Shown here: positions 1-11,706 of the stretch, piece by piece
Position numbering within the stretch: the first letter of the stretch is position 1
Layout: each line of letters starts with the position of its first letter
Assembly: GCA_963737655.1 (NCBI GenBank)
Contig: CAVTTN010000002.1
Span: 4,384,001 to 4,448,000 of the forward strand
DNA: 64,000 nt
Direction of reading: 5' to 3'
Origin: an uncultured Planctomycetota bacterium
Lineage (GTDB): Bacteria; Planctomycetota; Planctomycetia; Isosphaerales; Isosphaeraceae
The notes under the pieces: generated by a model
Database searches by the model: none
What the model saw: only the letters and a program-made list of their open reading frames with translations
Told to the model about the DNA's origin: nothing
Position numbers and translations under genes: made by a program

Positions 1-1311
1 GTGGCCGCCTACATCTGGAGTACCCTGGCCGCCGAGGACCTCGGCCTGATCGCCCACGACGACGCCAGCCGACGCCTGGGCAAGACCCTGACCAGCCTGG
101 CCAAGGCCGAGCGGTCCCACGGCTTCTTCTTCAACTGGTACGACCCGAAGACCGGAGCCCGCCTGCAAAGCTGGCCCGGCGGAGGGCCCGTCCGCCCGTT
201 CCTCTCCTCGGTCGATAACGGCTGGCTGGCCGCCGCCCTGATGATGGTGGCCAACACCCGCCACGAATTCCGTCCGGCCGCCGAGGCCCTGCTCGGCCCG
301 ATGAACTTCGGGTTCTTCTACGACCCCTTCGACCCCGCCGCGCCCGAGGCCCACCCGGGCCTCCTCCGAGGCGGCTACTATCCCGACGACCACGCCTTCA
401 CCACCTATCATTACGGGATGCTCAATACCGAGCCCCGGATCGCCAGCTACATCGGCATCGCCCGGGGCGACCTGCCCGCCGATCACTACTACCGGATGAC
501 CCGCGTCCAGCCTCCGGACCAGGGCCCGAAGCACTCCTACCTCGGCGTGACCGTCGACGAGGGGACCCGTCCTTACCGCGACGTCCGGATCGTCCCGAGC
601 TGGGACGGCACGATGTTCGAGGCGCTGATGGTCCCCCTGTTCGTCCCCGAAGCGGCCTGGGCCGAGCAGAGCTGGGGACGCAACCACCCGCTGTACGCCC
701 GGGCCCAGATCGAGTACGGGCTGCAAGACGCCCGACTCGGCTTCTGGGGGATCTCCGCCTCGACCGACCCGGACGGCGGCTACAAGGCCTACGGGATCCC
801 GGCCCTCGGCGCCTCGGACCCGAAGGCCAAGGCCCCGGCGATCGTCACGCCCCACGCCTCGTTCCTCGCCCTGCCCTTCGCGCCGAAGCAGGCCGTGGAG
901 AACCTCCAGGCCCTGGCCCTGGCCTTCCCCGCCGTTTACAGCCCCCTCGGCTTCTTCGACGCCGTGGACGTCGCCAACGGCCGGGTCGCCGAGCACCTCC
1001 TGACGCTCGATCAGGGGATGAGCCTGGCCGCCATCGCCAATGCCCTGCGGGACAACTGCCTGCAAAGGGCCTTCAGCGCCGGGGCCATCGAGTCGGCCGT
1101 CCGCCCCGTGATCGCCCCCGAGCACTTCGAATCGAGGGAGATCGCCCCGGCCGTCAAGGTCTCGCGACGAGGCCCGACGCTCGTCCCCGGGGCCGGCCTC
1201 CCCGAAGTCGTCTTCGCCTGGAGGGCCGCGAACCTCACCCCGGGCCTCCCCCGGCCGACCCTCCGCCGCCGGCGGATCGAACGCCGGGCCCTCCCGCCAC
1301 GGGCCTCCTGA
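1..1311 (+). CDS. Glucoamylase-like / GH144-type (DUF3131) glycoside hydrolase domain protein, 5'-truncated by window edge
   Basis: Motifs GFFFNWYD, SSVDNGWL, SWDGTMFEALM, WGISAS and TLDQGM are typical of this family; coding-like codon usage. Confidence 0.75.
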   Translation: MAAYIWSTLAAEDLGLIAHDDASRRLGKTLTSLAKAERSHGFFFNWYDPKTGARLQSWPGGGPVRPFLSSVDNGWLAAALMMVANTRHEFRPAAEALLGPMNFGFFYDPFDPAAPEAHPGLLRGGYYPDDHAFTTYHYGMLNTEPRIASYIGIARGDLPADHYYRMTRVQPPDQGPKHSYLGVTVDEGTRPYRDVRIVPSWDGTMFEALMVPLFVPEAAWAEQSWGRNHPLYARAQIEYGLQDARLGFWGISASTDPDGGYKAYGIPALGASDPKAKAPAIVTPHASFLALPFAPKQAVENLQALALAFPAVYSPLGFFDAVDVANGRVAEHLLTLDQGMSLAAIANALRDNCLQRAFSAGAIESAVRPVIAPEHFESREIAPAVKVSRRGPTLVPGAGLPEVVFAWRAANLTPGLPRPTLRRRRIERRALPPRAS

Positions 1312-1332
1312 TCGCGGCCGATCAGGAGGCCC
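1301..1332 (+). terminator. Perfect 14-bp stem hairpin overlapping the stop codon, possible terminator
   Basis: gggcctcctgatcg-cggc-cgatcaggaggccc; no clear U-tract. Confidence 0.45.
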
Positions 1333-1631
1333 TGTACCGCCTATTTAAACACCAATCATGCCCAAGAATCCGAGTGATTCGAGGGAGCCCGGCCCACTCC
1401 GTCGTGGGCCGGGTTGTTCCTTCGACCGAGTCCCGCCCCCATCGGCGGGAGGTCGCTCTCCCCAATCCATCTCGAAGCCCTCGGCCTGAGTGTAACTTTT
1501 CTTCAATGGTTTAACAAGGCGATCTGCCCAAATAAGGCGAGTTTCTTCCTCGATCGATGCCCCGGGCGGCGGTCTGGGAAATGCAGGTAAGGCCTGTCGC
1601 CGAAGGCGTCACGGGACCACAAGGGGGCACG

Positions 1632-2390
1632 ATGTTCGGCCTATCGAGGCGAGAGCGCCGGGAGAAGTGGCGGGCGGAGCCCTTCCCGGCCGAGTGGGTC
1701 GCGATCCTGGAGAAGAACATCCCGTTCTACAAGAGGCTCGCCGAGCCCGACCGGGCCGAGCTTCACGGCCTGATCCGGGTCTTCCTCGAAGAGAAGCACT
1801 TCGAGGGCTGCGGCGGCCTGGAGATGACCGACGAGGTCCGTCTGACCATCGCCGGCCAGGCGTGCCTGCTGCTCCTCCACCGCGAGACCGACGATTTCGC
1901 CCGGTTGATCACGATCCTCGTCTACCCGAGCGCCTACGAGGCCCCGGCCATCGAGCCGATCGGCGGAGGGGCGATCCTCCAGGGGCTTCAGGGGCGATTG
2001 GGCGAGGCGTCGGCCGACGGCGTGGTGATCCTGTCGTGGGACGACGTGGTTTCCGGCGCCTTCGACCCGAAGGACGGCCATAACGTCGTCCTCCACGAGT
2101 TCGCCCACCAGCTCGACATGGAAGACGGCCGGGCCGACGGCGCCCCGATCCTCAAGCACCGCTCCAAGTATGCGTCCTGGGCCCGGGTCCTCGGCGCCGA
2201 GTACGAGAACCTCCGCGAATCGGGCAAGAAGAGCGTCCTGGACGACTACGGGGGCATCAACCCGGCCGAATTCTTCGCCGTCGCCACCGAATGCTTCTTC
2301 GAAAAGCCGGTGCAGATGAAGAAGAAACACCCCGAGCTCTACGACGAGCTCCGAGCCTTCTACCACCTCGACCCCGAGGCCACCCTGTAG
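1632..2390 (+). CDS. mtfA: M90-family zinc metallopeptidase (MtfA-like)
   Basis: HEFAH zincin motif, NPAEFFAVATECFFE; G-rich RBS before ATG 1632. Confidence 0.85.
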   Translation: MFGLSRRERREKWRAEPFPAEWVAILEKNIPFYKRLAEPDRAELHGLIRVFLEEKHFEGCGGLEMTDEVRLTIAGQACLLLLHRETDDFARLITILVYPSAYEAPAIEPIGGGAILQGLQGRLGEASADGVVILSWDDVVSGAFDPKDGHNVVLHEFAHQLDMEDGRADGAPILKHRSKYASWARVLGAEYENLRESGKKSVLDDYGGINPAEFFAVATECFFEKPVQMKKKHPELYDELRAFYHLDPEATL

Positions 2391-2455
2391 GGTGCATGAA
2401 ATGCACCATCTTCGATCGGTCTCAAATCGAAGATGGTGCATTTCACGCACCCGAC
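2387..2455. repeat. REPIN-like doublet, family A (GTAGGGTGCATGAAATGCACC)
   Basis: Inverted arms 2387-2407 and 2435-2455 with a palindromic spacer; the same arm recurs at 12799, 37891, 49583 and 49609. Confidence 0.85.
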
Positions 2456-2471
2456 TCGCCTTCAACCACGC

Positions 2472-3818
2472 TCATTTCGCCGAGGCGACCGGAGGCAGGC
2501 CCATGTGCTTCGGCTCGTGGGCCGGCTTCGCGGAGGCCGGCGCCCGGAGCGTCTTCAGGAACGCGAGGAGGGCCTGGCGGTCGTCCGACCGAAGCTCGGT
2601 GAACCGCCTGGTGACCCCCTTGGCGTCCCCATCGTGACGGAGGATCGCCGCTTCGAGGGTCGGCGAGCTCCCGTCGTGGAAATAGGGGGCGGAATCGGCG
2701 ACTCCCCAGAGGGGGGCGGTCTTCCACTCGTCGGGCTTCGGGTGATCGACGGGCAAGGGGACGTCCGGGCTCTCGGTCACCCCGTAGCTGGAGCCGCTCG
2801 CCTCGCGGTCCTCCAGACGGTGGAGGAGGAAATCGCTGTAAAGGCCGCGGACCCCGCCGAGGTCCGGCGAGTGGCAGATCGCGCATCCGACCGAGGCGAA
2901 CACGACCTTGCCGCGCTCCGCCCTCGCCGAGCCGCTCAGGTCCGCCGGAGACCGTTCCTCGGGCCGGTCCAGGGTGTCGACGAACGCGACCAGGGCCCGG
3001 AACTGGGCCTCGCTGAGGTCGCGCTCGACGTCGGGATAGTCGCGGAAGCCGATCGGCCGGGCCTGGTCCCTCATCGGGTTGCCCAGCCCGATCTCGTTGG
3101 CGCACGCCGCCGCCACGAACTCGTCGAGCGTCGCGAACTGGGCCTTCCAGCCGAACTTGCCGATCCGGCCGTCGGGCAGGACGCGATATCGACCCGGCGG
3201 GCATCCCGTGAAGTCCGCCGTGAGCTCCCGCCCGATGCTCGCCATCGACGCCTTGAGGCTCTGATGAGCGATCGCCTGGCCGGAGATCCGGTCGATCCAG
3301 CCCACGCCAAACAGGGCCGTGGTATTCACGCTCTCGGTGCGGACCGGGTCGAAGTCCCTCGTGAGGATCTGGCACCCTCCAGAAAACCGGATGCCGTTGG
3401 GGACGATCGGGAAGGCCCGGTGGAGCTTCTCGCTGTTCTCCAGAAAACGATTCTCGACGGCGAAGAGGTGGACCAAACCGCCGGCGACCTCGGGCCGATC
3501 CTTCGTGGGGACCGCCTCGAAGGCCCGGACGTTCTGCTTCACCCCTCCGCCTCCGCCGACCCCGCCCTGGAAGTGGCAGGCCACGCACGATCGCCCATTG
3601 AACACCGGGCCCAGGCCGTCCCCCTTGGCCATCGCGTCGTGAGGCTGCCAGTCATGCTCGAACAACGCGGCGCCGGCCGCTTTGGTCGAGGCATCGGCCC
3701 GAGGCCCCCACAGCACCGGCATCCCCGGCGAAAAGACCCAGAACGCCCCCGCGCCGACGATCGCCGCCAGGCCCAGACCCACCCGCCGTCGGATTCGATC
3801 CAGAGCGTAACCATCCAT
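2472..3818 (-). CDS. Di-heme oxidoreductase family (DUF1111-like) c-type cytochrome
   Basis: Two CxxCH motifs (CVACH, CAICH), GLGPVFN, GKFGWKA, TAPLWGV, YFHDG; N-terminal hydrophobic anchor. Confidence 0.85.
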   Translation of the reverse strand: MDGYALDRIRRRVGLGLAAIVGAGAFWVFSPGMPVLWGPRADASTKAAGAALFEHDWQPHDAMAKGDGLGPVFNGRSCVACHFQGGVGGGGGVKQNVRAFEAVPTKDRPEVAGGLVHLFAVENRFLENSEKLHRAFPIVPNGIRFSGGCQILTRDFDPVRTESVNTTALFGVGWIDRISGQAIAHQSLKASMASIGRELTADFTGCPPGRYRVLPDGRIGKFGWKAQFATLDEFVAAACANEIGLGNPMRDQARPIGFRDYPDVERDLSEAQFRALVAFVDTLDRPEERSPADLSGSARAERGKVVFASVGCAICHSPDLGGVRGLYSDFLLHRLEDREASGSSYGVTESPDVPLPVDHPKPDEWKTAPLWGVADSAPYFHDGSSPTLEAAILRHDGDAKGVTRRFTELRSDDRQALLAFLKTLRAPASAKPAHEPKHMGLPPVASAK

Positions 3819-3932
3819 CGTCGTCGCCCCCCGAGGACCGATCAGCCCACCCCAACCTCGGACAACTGTAATCCGGCGGCCCGACTTTGACAAGTGTCAA
3901 GGACCGGATTCGGATCGACCGCGTTCCACTCC

Positions 3933-3989
3933 GTAGGGCAGGCCTCGGCCTGCCGATCCGCGAAGACGGCAGGCCGAGGCCTGCCCTAC
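3933..3989. repeat. REPIN-like doublet, family B (GTAGGGCAGGCCTCGGCCTGCC)
   Basis: Perfect inverted 22-nt arms; recurs at 21383 and 48610. Confidence 0.85.
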
Positions 3990-4008
3990 GGAGGGCCCGC
4001 CTGGGGAA

Positions 4009-6909
4009 TTACCCCAGGGTCACCTCGACGCGGGCCAGTTCGTGCGCCGTGAGGTCGATGGGGACGGCGTCGCCTTGCACGGGCAGGTCGATCAGGAGCT
4101 CGCCGGTGAAATCGGTTTGCCTGGCCGCGATCGGGTCTCGGAAGAATCGGATTCGGCTCCGGCAGGCCCGTCCGGCGGTCTCGGCCAGGAGGAGGGCGAG
4201 GCCCCAGCCTCGGCCGTCCCCGGTCCGTTCGACGAACTCGACGCCGATCGTCGCGATCGCCGGATTCTCGACCGCGATCAGCCAACCCACCGGCCCGGAC
4301 TTCGGCGGACCGGCCGTCGTCGGCACGATCACCGGGGGCGAGATCCGTTCCAGGGCCGCGAGATAGGGGTGTTCGAGGTCCAGGGCCACGCCCACCGAGA
4401 ACGTCCGGGCCGTCTCTCGGCCCGCGATCAGGAGCGTATCGAGCATCCGCGAGCCGTGGCGCTTGTGGTGCGCCAGGCCGCCGAGCAGGAGGGCCGTCTT
4501 CTGCCGGCGAGTGCCGATGTCGAGGGCGTCGGGCGTCTCGGGCCGTTCGGCCGAGGTCTCGGTCGGATGGAGATGGACGGTCCGTCTCAGGGTCGAGCTG
4601 GGGTCGGGCCAGGCCCAGCGACAGGCGAGGTACTTCGACCACGGGTCGGCCGCCGCGATCGTCTCCCGCCACTTCGAATCCACGTCGGAGAGGGTGATTT
4701 CCAGGTCCAGGGTCGTCCGACCGGCCCAGAGGCGGGCGACCTGGCGAAATCGGGCGAGCGCCCGGCCGTCGATCGGGTCGAGGATCGCCCCTTCGGAGAC
4801 CGCCTGCGCCAGCGAGGGCCCGGCGTATTCGACCTCGAACCGATCGCCGACCATTTTCGAGTTCGCCGGCTGGCCGTCCGCGCCGATCAGGCCCGCGATC
4901 ACCAGTTGCTGGGCGACTCTTGGGGTCGGCTCGCCCCGGCCCCGGATCGCCCGCAGCCCTCCGCTGGTCGGGTCGAACTCGACCTCCATCGACTCATTTC
5001 GAAGCGTCCGGCCGTCGGCCGAGACCGCTCGTTCCGACGTGGCCGGCGAGAAGGCCGACGGGTCGGGCTCGCGGGGCACCCAGGCGAAGCCGAAGGCGGG
5101 GAGGTCCACCACGCCCACGGTGCCGAGCTCGGTCATCTGGGCCGATCGCAATGGCCCCTCGGGCCGGAGGTCGTCGGCCGCCCCGGGCAGGACGACGGCC
5201 GCCCTCCTCGCCATCCCCGACGGATTCACGACGAGGAACCCGGGCCGCCCCCCCTGCCCCGTCCCGACGATCCCCCGGGCGAGCCTCTCGCCCGCCATTT
5301 CCGTCTCCTTCTCGATCGCGGAGGACTCGGCCAGACGGCCCGTCTCCAGGTCGATCTCCAGGGCGTCGAACGGCCCGACCGGCAGCCCTTCCGGCTCGGG
5401 AAGCTCGGTCTCGGCAGGCCGGGGCGGCGAGGAGAGCGCCTTCGCCAGCGCATCGACGGCCATCAGCCCGTCGAAACCCGCCCGGAGCCTCGCGTGCCTC
5501 GCCTTCCGGGAGATCGGCTCGGGGTCGTCGCGGGCGATCGCCTGCGCCAGATACGGCGAGACGTATTCATCAGCTTTCGGCGAGAACGTGTCCCAGGGTC
5601 GATCGCTCAGGTGGAAATAATCGCCCAGGGTCGCCCATCGCGAGAGGACCGGCGAGAACGCCGCGACTCGTCGCAGGTCGCGATACCAGCCGGCCACCGG
5701 GTTCGGCCAGTGGGCCATCGGCACGGTCGCGACGTGGTCGTCTCGCATCGATCGGGCGATCCGCCAGGGCAGGCGGGCCCCTTCGCCGGGGCGGTCGGCG
5801 GCGATCGGCGGCCGGGTCAGCGATTCGAGGTTGGTGGCGTCCGGGCCTTCCCAGAGCTTCTTGGACTCGATCGGCACCGGGAACCGCCCGGCGTCGAGGC
5901 CCAGGTACACCGCGAACCGGAACCCGAACCTCTTGGCGATCTGCGGACGTTGAGGAGACAGCGCAAATCGCCGGGTCGCCAGCGATTCCACGTCCCGATC
6001 GTCCAGGTTCGCCCGATAGACCCGCCGGGCATGGCGGAACTGCCAGAGGACCGAGGGGAGCGGCAAGAGCGGCTCCTCGGTCTCGGCATACGGCCCGCCG
6101 ATCACGTCGGCCCAGCCTTCGTTGATGGCTTCGCGAAGTCTTTCGAGCGATCCCGGGTCGCGTTCGGCCTGGGCCTCGATGGCGTTCGCCGCCGCCAGGA
6201 CCGTGAACGGGGCGCGGGCCGCGAGGCTGTCGGCCAGGGCGCCTCCGGGCAATGCCGGATCGAGCAGCACGAAATCGATCAGGTACGAATCGACGGGATA
6301 GAACCGCTCCCGGGCCTGGGTGAGCACCTCGAACGCCGCCCGCAAGTGGTTCGTGGCCGTCGGGCGATCGCCCGAGACCCACGCCTTCGCGCCGTTCAGG
6401 GATTCGCGGGTCAGGCTCTCGACGTCGAGGCAATCGGCGTGGCCCATCCCGATCGTGAGGTCGCGCAACCACCATCGGGCCGACCCCAGGGCGAGGAAAT
6501 CCAGGGCGATCGGATCGTCGGACGGCCCGATTTCCGCGCCGGGTTCGAGGAGTTCCAGGACCTTCCGGGCGACCGCGAACCGATCGATCTCGCCCTCGAC
6601 GATCGAGGCGCCGAGCTCCTCGGCGATCGAGCGATACTCGGCCGGCAAGCTCGGCCCGGCGCCCTCGGCGACGACGCGGATCTCGCCCGATCCGGGCGAA
6701 TGGGCGAACTCGGCCGGCTCGATCGCCGGGATCTCGGCGAGTCGTCCGAGGAGTGCCGGGTGCCACACGGCGGAGACGGCCGCCCAGGTCGCCTCGGCCT
6801 GGCGGTCGGGCATCGACGCCGGGGGCTCCTGGCCGTCGAGCAAGATCATCGCCACGAGCCTCCGGCCCGGGGGCGACTCGGGGGAATCCGTCGGTCCGTC
6901 CTCGCTCAT
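4009..6909 (-). CDS. Large GH38 (alpha-mannosidase)-like protein, apparently degenerate
   Basis: GGPYAETEEPLL..SVLWQ, PQ.PQI..FG, WEGPD and VVNPS..R segments resemble the GH38 layout; catalytic motifs not recognisable. Confidence 0.55.
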   Translation of the reverse strand: MSEDGPTDSPESPPGRRLVAMILLDGQEPPASMPDRQAEATWAAVSAVWHPALLGRLAEIPAIEPAEFAHSPGSGEIRVVAEGAGPSLPAEYRSIAEELGASIVEGEIDRFAVARKVLELLEPGAEIGPSDDPIALDFLALGSARWWLRDLTIGMGHADCLDVESLTRESLNGAKAWVSGDRPTATNHLRAAFEVLTQARERFYPVDSYLIDFVLLDPALPGGALADSLAARAPFTVLAAANAIEAQAERDPGSLERLREAINEGWADVIGGPYAETEEPLLPLPSVLWQFRHARRVYRANLDDRDVESLATRRFALSPQRPQIAKRFGFRFAVYLGLDAGRFPVPIESKKLWEGPDATNLESLTRPPIAADRPGEGARLPWRIARSMRDDHVATVPMAHWPNPVAGWYRDLRRVAAFSPVLSRWATLGDYFHLSDRPWDTFSPKADEYVSPYLAQAIARDDPEPISRKARHARLRAGFDGLMAVDALAKALSSPPRPAETELPEPEGLPVGPFDALEIDLETGRLAESSAIEKETEMAGERLARGIVGTGQGGRPGFLVVNPSGMARRAAVVLPGAADDLRPEGPLRSAQMTELGTVGVVDLPAFGFAWVPREPDPSAFSPATSERAVSADGRTLRNESMEVEFDPTSGGLRAIRGRGEPTPRVAQQLVIAGLIGADGQPANSKMVGDRFEVEYAGPSLAQAVSEGAILDPIDGRALARFRQVARLWAGRTTLDLEITLSDVDSKWRETIAAADPWSKYLACRWAWPDPSSTLRRTVHLHPTETSAERPETPDALDIGTRRQKTALLLGGLAHHKRHGSRMLDTLLIAGRETARTFSVGVALDLEHPYLAALERISPPVIVPTTAGPPKSGPVGWLIAVENPAIATIGVEFVERTGDGRGWGLALLLAETAGRACRSRIRFFRDPIAARQTDFTGELLIDLPVQGDAVPIDLTAHELARVEVTLG

Positions 6910-6913
6910 CGGG

Positions 6914-7638
6914 TCAGGCTCCGAGCGAGGTCTTGAGCCCCCGCAGGTCGTCGGAAAGGATCTGGACGGTCCCCTTCAGCGCCTCCACTTCCGCCCGGAG
7001 CGCGGCGAGCTCCTCGCGGAGGGAGGGATCGGCCGGGGCGGCCGGGCGCGGGCCGGTCGGGGCTCGTCCTCCGAGATTACCGGCATCCTCGAGACCTCCT
7101 GGCGGACCAGCTCCAGCTCGGCCGGCGGGTAGAGGTTGTGCGTGACCATCACGCCCCGCTTCTGGCCGGGAGGCGTCAAGAAGACGATCAAATCCAGCGA
7201 TTGGAGCGTCTTCAGGACGTTCTGCAACGTCTCCAGCTCCGGGATCGGCTCCATCCGCGAGGCCCGGGCGCGGAGGTCCCCCTCGGTCTGCTTGCCCCGG
7301 AGCATCAATTCGGCCAGCACGGCCATCTCGACCGGCTTGTTCCTCAGGCCGAACCAGTCGTAGAGCGAATGCTTCCACTTCGGCACCCGGCCGCTCCCCT
7401 CGACGATCACCACCGCGCCCTTCTTGCGGAGGCCCTGGAGGATGTCCTCCACGTCGTCGGCGTCGAAGTTCGTGACCGGGTCGCGATTGGTCTTCTGGTT
7501 CGACCCGGTCACGATCGCCGCGACGGTCATCGGGTAATACTCGGGCGTCGTCTTCTGCTTCTCGACGAGGACACCGAGAACGCGGCGCTCCCGATGGTTC
7601 AGGGGCACCCATTGCCGGTCGGTCGTGGGGACGCTCAT
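6914..7638 (-). CDS. DUF480 (YceH-like) protein; apparent 1-nt frameshift near 7045
   Basis: ERRVLGVLVEKQKTTPEYYPMT..NQKTNRDPV; coiled-coil C-terminus (LREELAALRAEVEALK..SLGA) continues in another frame to 6914. Confidence 0.8.
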
Positions 7639-7706
7639 GGCACTCGCATCGGGTCAGGGGGGAGGTGGAGACGATTTCCGGACCGAGGGGCGATCGCGTC
7701 CCGAGG

Positions 7707-8226
7707 TCAGGGCAGGTCGATGGCCAGGGCCTCGTTGACCCGGTTCGTGTAGTTGGCCAGGGCGACCGTGGCCGTGAGGCTCGGCGAGCTCCGCGTCGGA
7801 AAGCCGCTCCTTCAGCGCCGCGATCACCGAATCCTCGGCCCGGACGTTCTTCGAGACCTGCTCGGCGAACGTCATGACGAGCGACTGGAGGTCGTCGAAC
7901 GCCGACGCCGGGCCTCCCGAGATGACCTCCCCGACCTGCTCGTCGGTCAGCCCGACCTTCTTCGCCGACTTCGTGTGATAATGCAGGCAATAGGCACAGT
8001 CGTTGACGGCCGACGCCTTGAGGTACGCGAGCTCGCGGAGCTTCGGGTCGAGCGTCATCTTGCCCTGGGCGGAGTTCATCGCCATGAACGCCTGCAAGAC
8101 CGCAGGGCTGTGCGCCAGGACCTTGAAGAAGTTGAGCATGGCGCCGGTCTGGCGCTCGACGTTGTCGTAGATCGGCCGGAGCGCCTCGGGCGCGGCGTCC
8201 TTCTCGACGTAGGAAACGTGGCCCAT
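7707..8226 (-). CDS. Carboxymuconolactone decarboxylase / AhpD-family peroxidase-related protein; apparent frameshift near 7780
   Basis: NDCAYCLHYH motif, AGGAGG RBS; C-terminus TATVALANYTNRVNEALAIDLP lies in the shifted frame. Confidence 0.8.
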
Positions 8227-8310
8227 GATGCGAACCTCCTGGCTCGTGGCCGGATCGATCTCACGCCGCGCCGCCATCCTAGCCCGACCGGGGGCGATCC
8301 TCAAGCGGGG

Positions 8311-8518
8311 GAAGAAGACCAACCGCCAGGACGCCAAGGCCGTCAAGTAAGGAAGGACGAGGAGACGAATAACAAAAAATAATTCAATTTTGAATCGAAA
8401 AATATTGCTTAAATTAACAATATTGATCTTCTCCGATCTTCTCATTCCCTCTCGTCTTCTCGTCCCCTCTCATCTTCTGCTCTTGGCGGCCTTGGCGTCT
8501 TGGCGGTTGGTCTTCTTC
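8311..8518. repeat. MITE-like element: 37-bp inverted repeats around an AT-rich core
   Basis: 8311-8347 matches the reverse complement of 8482-8518 at 35/37; arms built from CGCCAAG-like units. Confidence 0.75.
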
Positions 8519-8521
8519 GCT

Positions 8522-9307
8522 TCAGAAGCGATCCAGCCGGGCCTTGATGGCCGAGAACTGCGCCGCCTGGTCGCCGTCGGGCTCGGGCCAGATGGTGAGG
8601 AAGCCTCGATAGTCGATCTCCTCGAGGGCGCCGAGGTATTCGGCCCAGTCCAGGGCGCTGCCCCGGGGGCCGAAGCCTCGCGAGCCTCCGACGATCCTCG
8701 AGGCGCCGGCGGCGTCGGTGGCGTAGGCGTGGGCGACCCACCCGGCGAGGTCCCGGGTCGAGGCCACGGGGTCGTGGCCCATCTTCAGCAACGATCCCGG
8801 GTCGAGGCTGGCCGCCAGCCCGGGATGGGCCAGGCCGTTCAAAACCGCCGCCAGGGCCGATCCGGGCTCGGCCCCCGTCTCGATCGCCAGGCGGACCCCG
8901 CGATGGTCGGCCCGTTTCCCCAGCTCCGTCAGCGCGTGGAGGAAGATCGGCCGCTTCGGGCCGTCTTCCGGGGGGACGGCGCCGACCCTGGCCAGGACGA
9001 GCTTCGCCCCCAGGTCGAACGCCAGGGCCATGGCGCGCTCGGACCTCGCCAGCCGGGTCTCCAGGTCGTCCTCGGTGTCGAACCCTCGGCGGGTGGGCAG
9101 GTGGAGGCCGATCATCGCGAGCTCGGTCGATCGCAGGGTGTGGCGGAGGTCCCGGCGGCCGGTCTCGGAGAGGCGGTCGGGGGAAAGCTCGCCCGAGGCG
9201 TCGAGGATCACGCCCTTGGCCCCGAGCCGGGCCGCCTCACGAAGGAGGTCTTTCGGGGAGCGGTCGGGGTCGCTCTGGATGCGGAGACCGATCGGAGAGC
9301 GGATCAC
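8522..9307 (-). CDS. Sugar phosphate isomerase/epimerase (xylose-isomerase-like TIM barrel)
   Basis: LAIETG, SLDPG, HAYATDA, LDW.EYLGALEEIDYRG; GTG start is approximate. Confidence 0.75.
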   Translation of the reverse strand: MIRSPIGLRIQSDPDRSPKDLLREAARLGAKGVILDASGELSPDRLSETGRRDLRHTLRSTELAMIGLHLPTRRGFDTEDDLETRLARSERAMALAFDLGAKLVLARVGAVPPEDGPKRPIFLHALTELGKRADHRGVRLAIETGAEPGSALAAVLNGLAHPGLAASLDPGSLLKMGHDPVASTRDLAGWVAHAYATDAAGASRIVGGSRGFGPRGSALDWAEYLGALEEIDYRGFLTIWPEPDGDQAAQFSAIKARLDRF

Positions 9308-9406
9308 GGCGGGGGCTCCGATTGACGAGACGGTTCGCCGGGGCTGAAATGGTCGGGTGTTGTCCTCATTGAAACGCGGGCGCGGGGTCGGCGACCAGGG
9401 GGATTC

Positions 9407-10878
<1,472 letters not shown>

Positions 10879-10882
<4 letters not shown>

Positions 10883-11706
10883 TCTGGGTCCGGGGGGAGA
10901 TCGTCCCGGACGACGCGCTGAAGGTCAGCGTCCTCGATCGCACCTTCGAGCACGGCCTCGGCCTGTTCGAGACCCTGAGGACGTGGAACGGCCGGCCGAC
11001 GTTGCTCGATCGCCACCGGGAGAGGCTGCGGAAGTCGGCCTCCGAGCTGCACGTCCCCCTCGACGAGTCCGCCCTGCCGGACGATCGGGCCGTCCTGGCC
11101 CTGATCGAGGCCGAGGGATTCTCCGGAGACGCCATGCTGCGGATCACCCTGGCCGGAGGCCGGAACGAGTCGGAAGCGGCGAGCCTCTGGATGAGGCGAA
11201 TGCCGCTCCCCCCGCCGATGCCCCCGGGAGGGGCTCGCCTCCGATGGTCGCCGCTCGGATTGTCGAGGTCCGACCCGATGGCCCGCCATAAAGGCCTGAA
11301 TTACTGGTCCAGACGGCTCGCGTTCGAGGAGGCCCGCCGGTTCCTCTGCGACGAGGCGCTCCGCCGGACCGACGACGGGCTCGTCTGGGAGGGCTGCCGG
11401 ACGAACCTGTTCGTCGTCCTCGGCGGCTCCCTGGTCACGCCCGGACTGACCGGGCCGATCGTCCCGGGGATCATGCGAGGATTGGTCCTCGAACGGGCCG
11501 AGGCCCTGGACATGCCGGCCCGCGAGGACGACCTGACGGCCGAAGCCGTGAGATCGGCGTCCGAGATCTTCCTGACCAACGCCGTCCGGGGGATCATCCC
11601 GGTCGGCTCGCTCGACGAGTCGCCCAGGGCCGCGCCCGGGCCCGTTACCCGCCGCCTCCGCGACGATCTCTGGCGATGGTTGACCCGCGAGGAGCCCCTC
11701 GAATGA
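10879..11706 (+). CDS. pabC: Class IV aminotransferase / 4-amino-4-deoxychorismate lyase
   Basis: DRTFEHGLGLFETLR, HKGLNY, EGCRTNLF, PGIMR, EIFLTNA. Confidence 0.75.
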
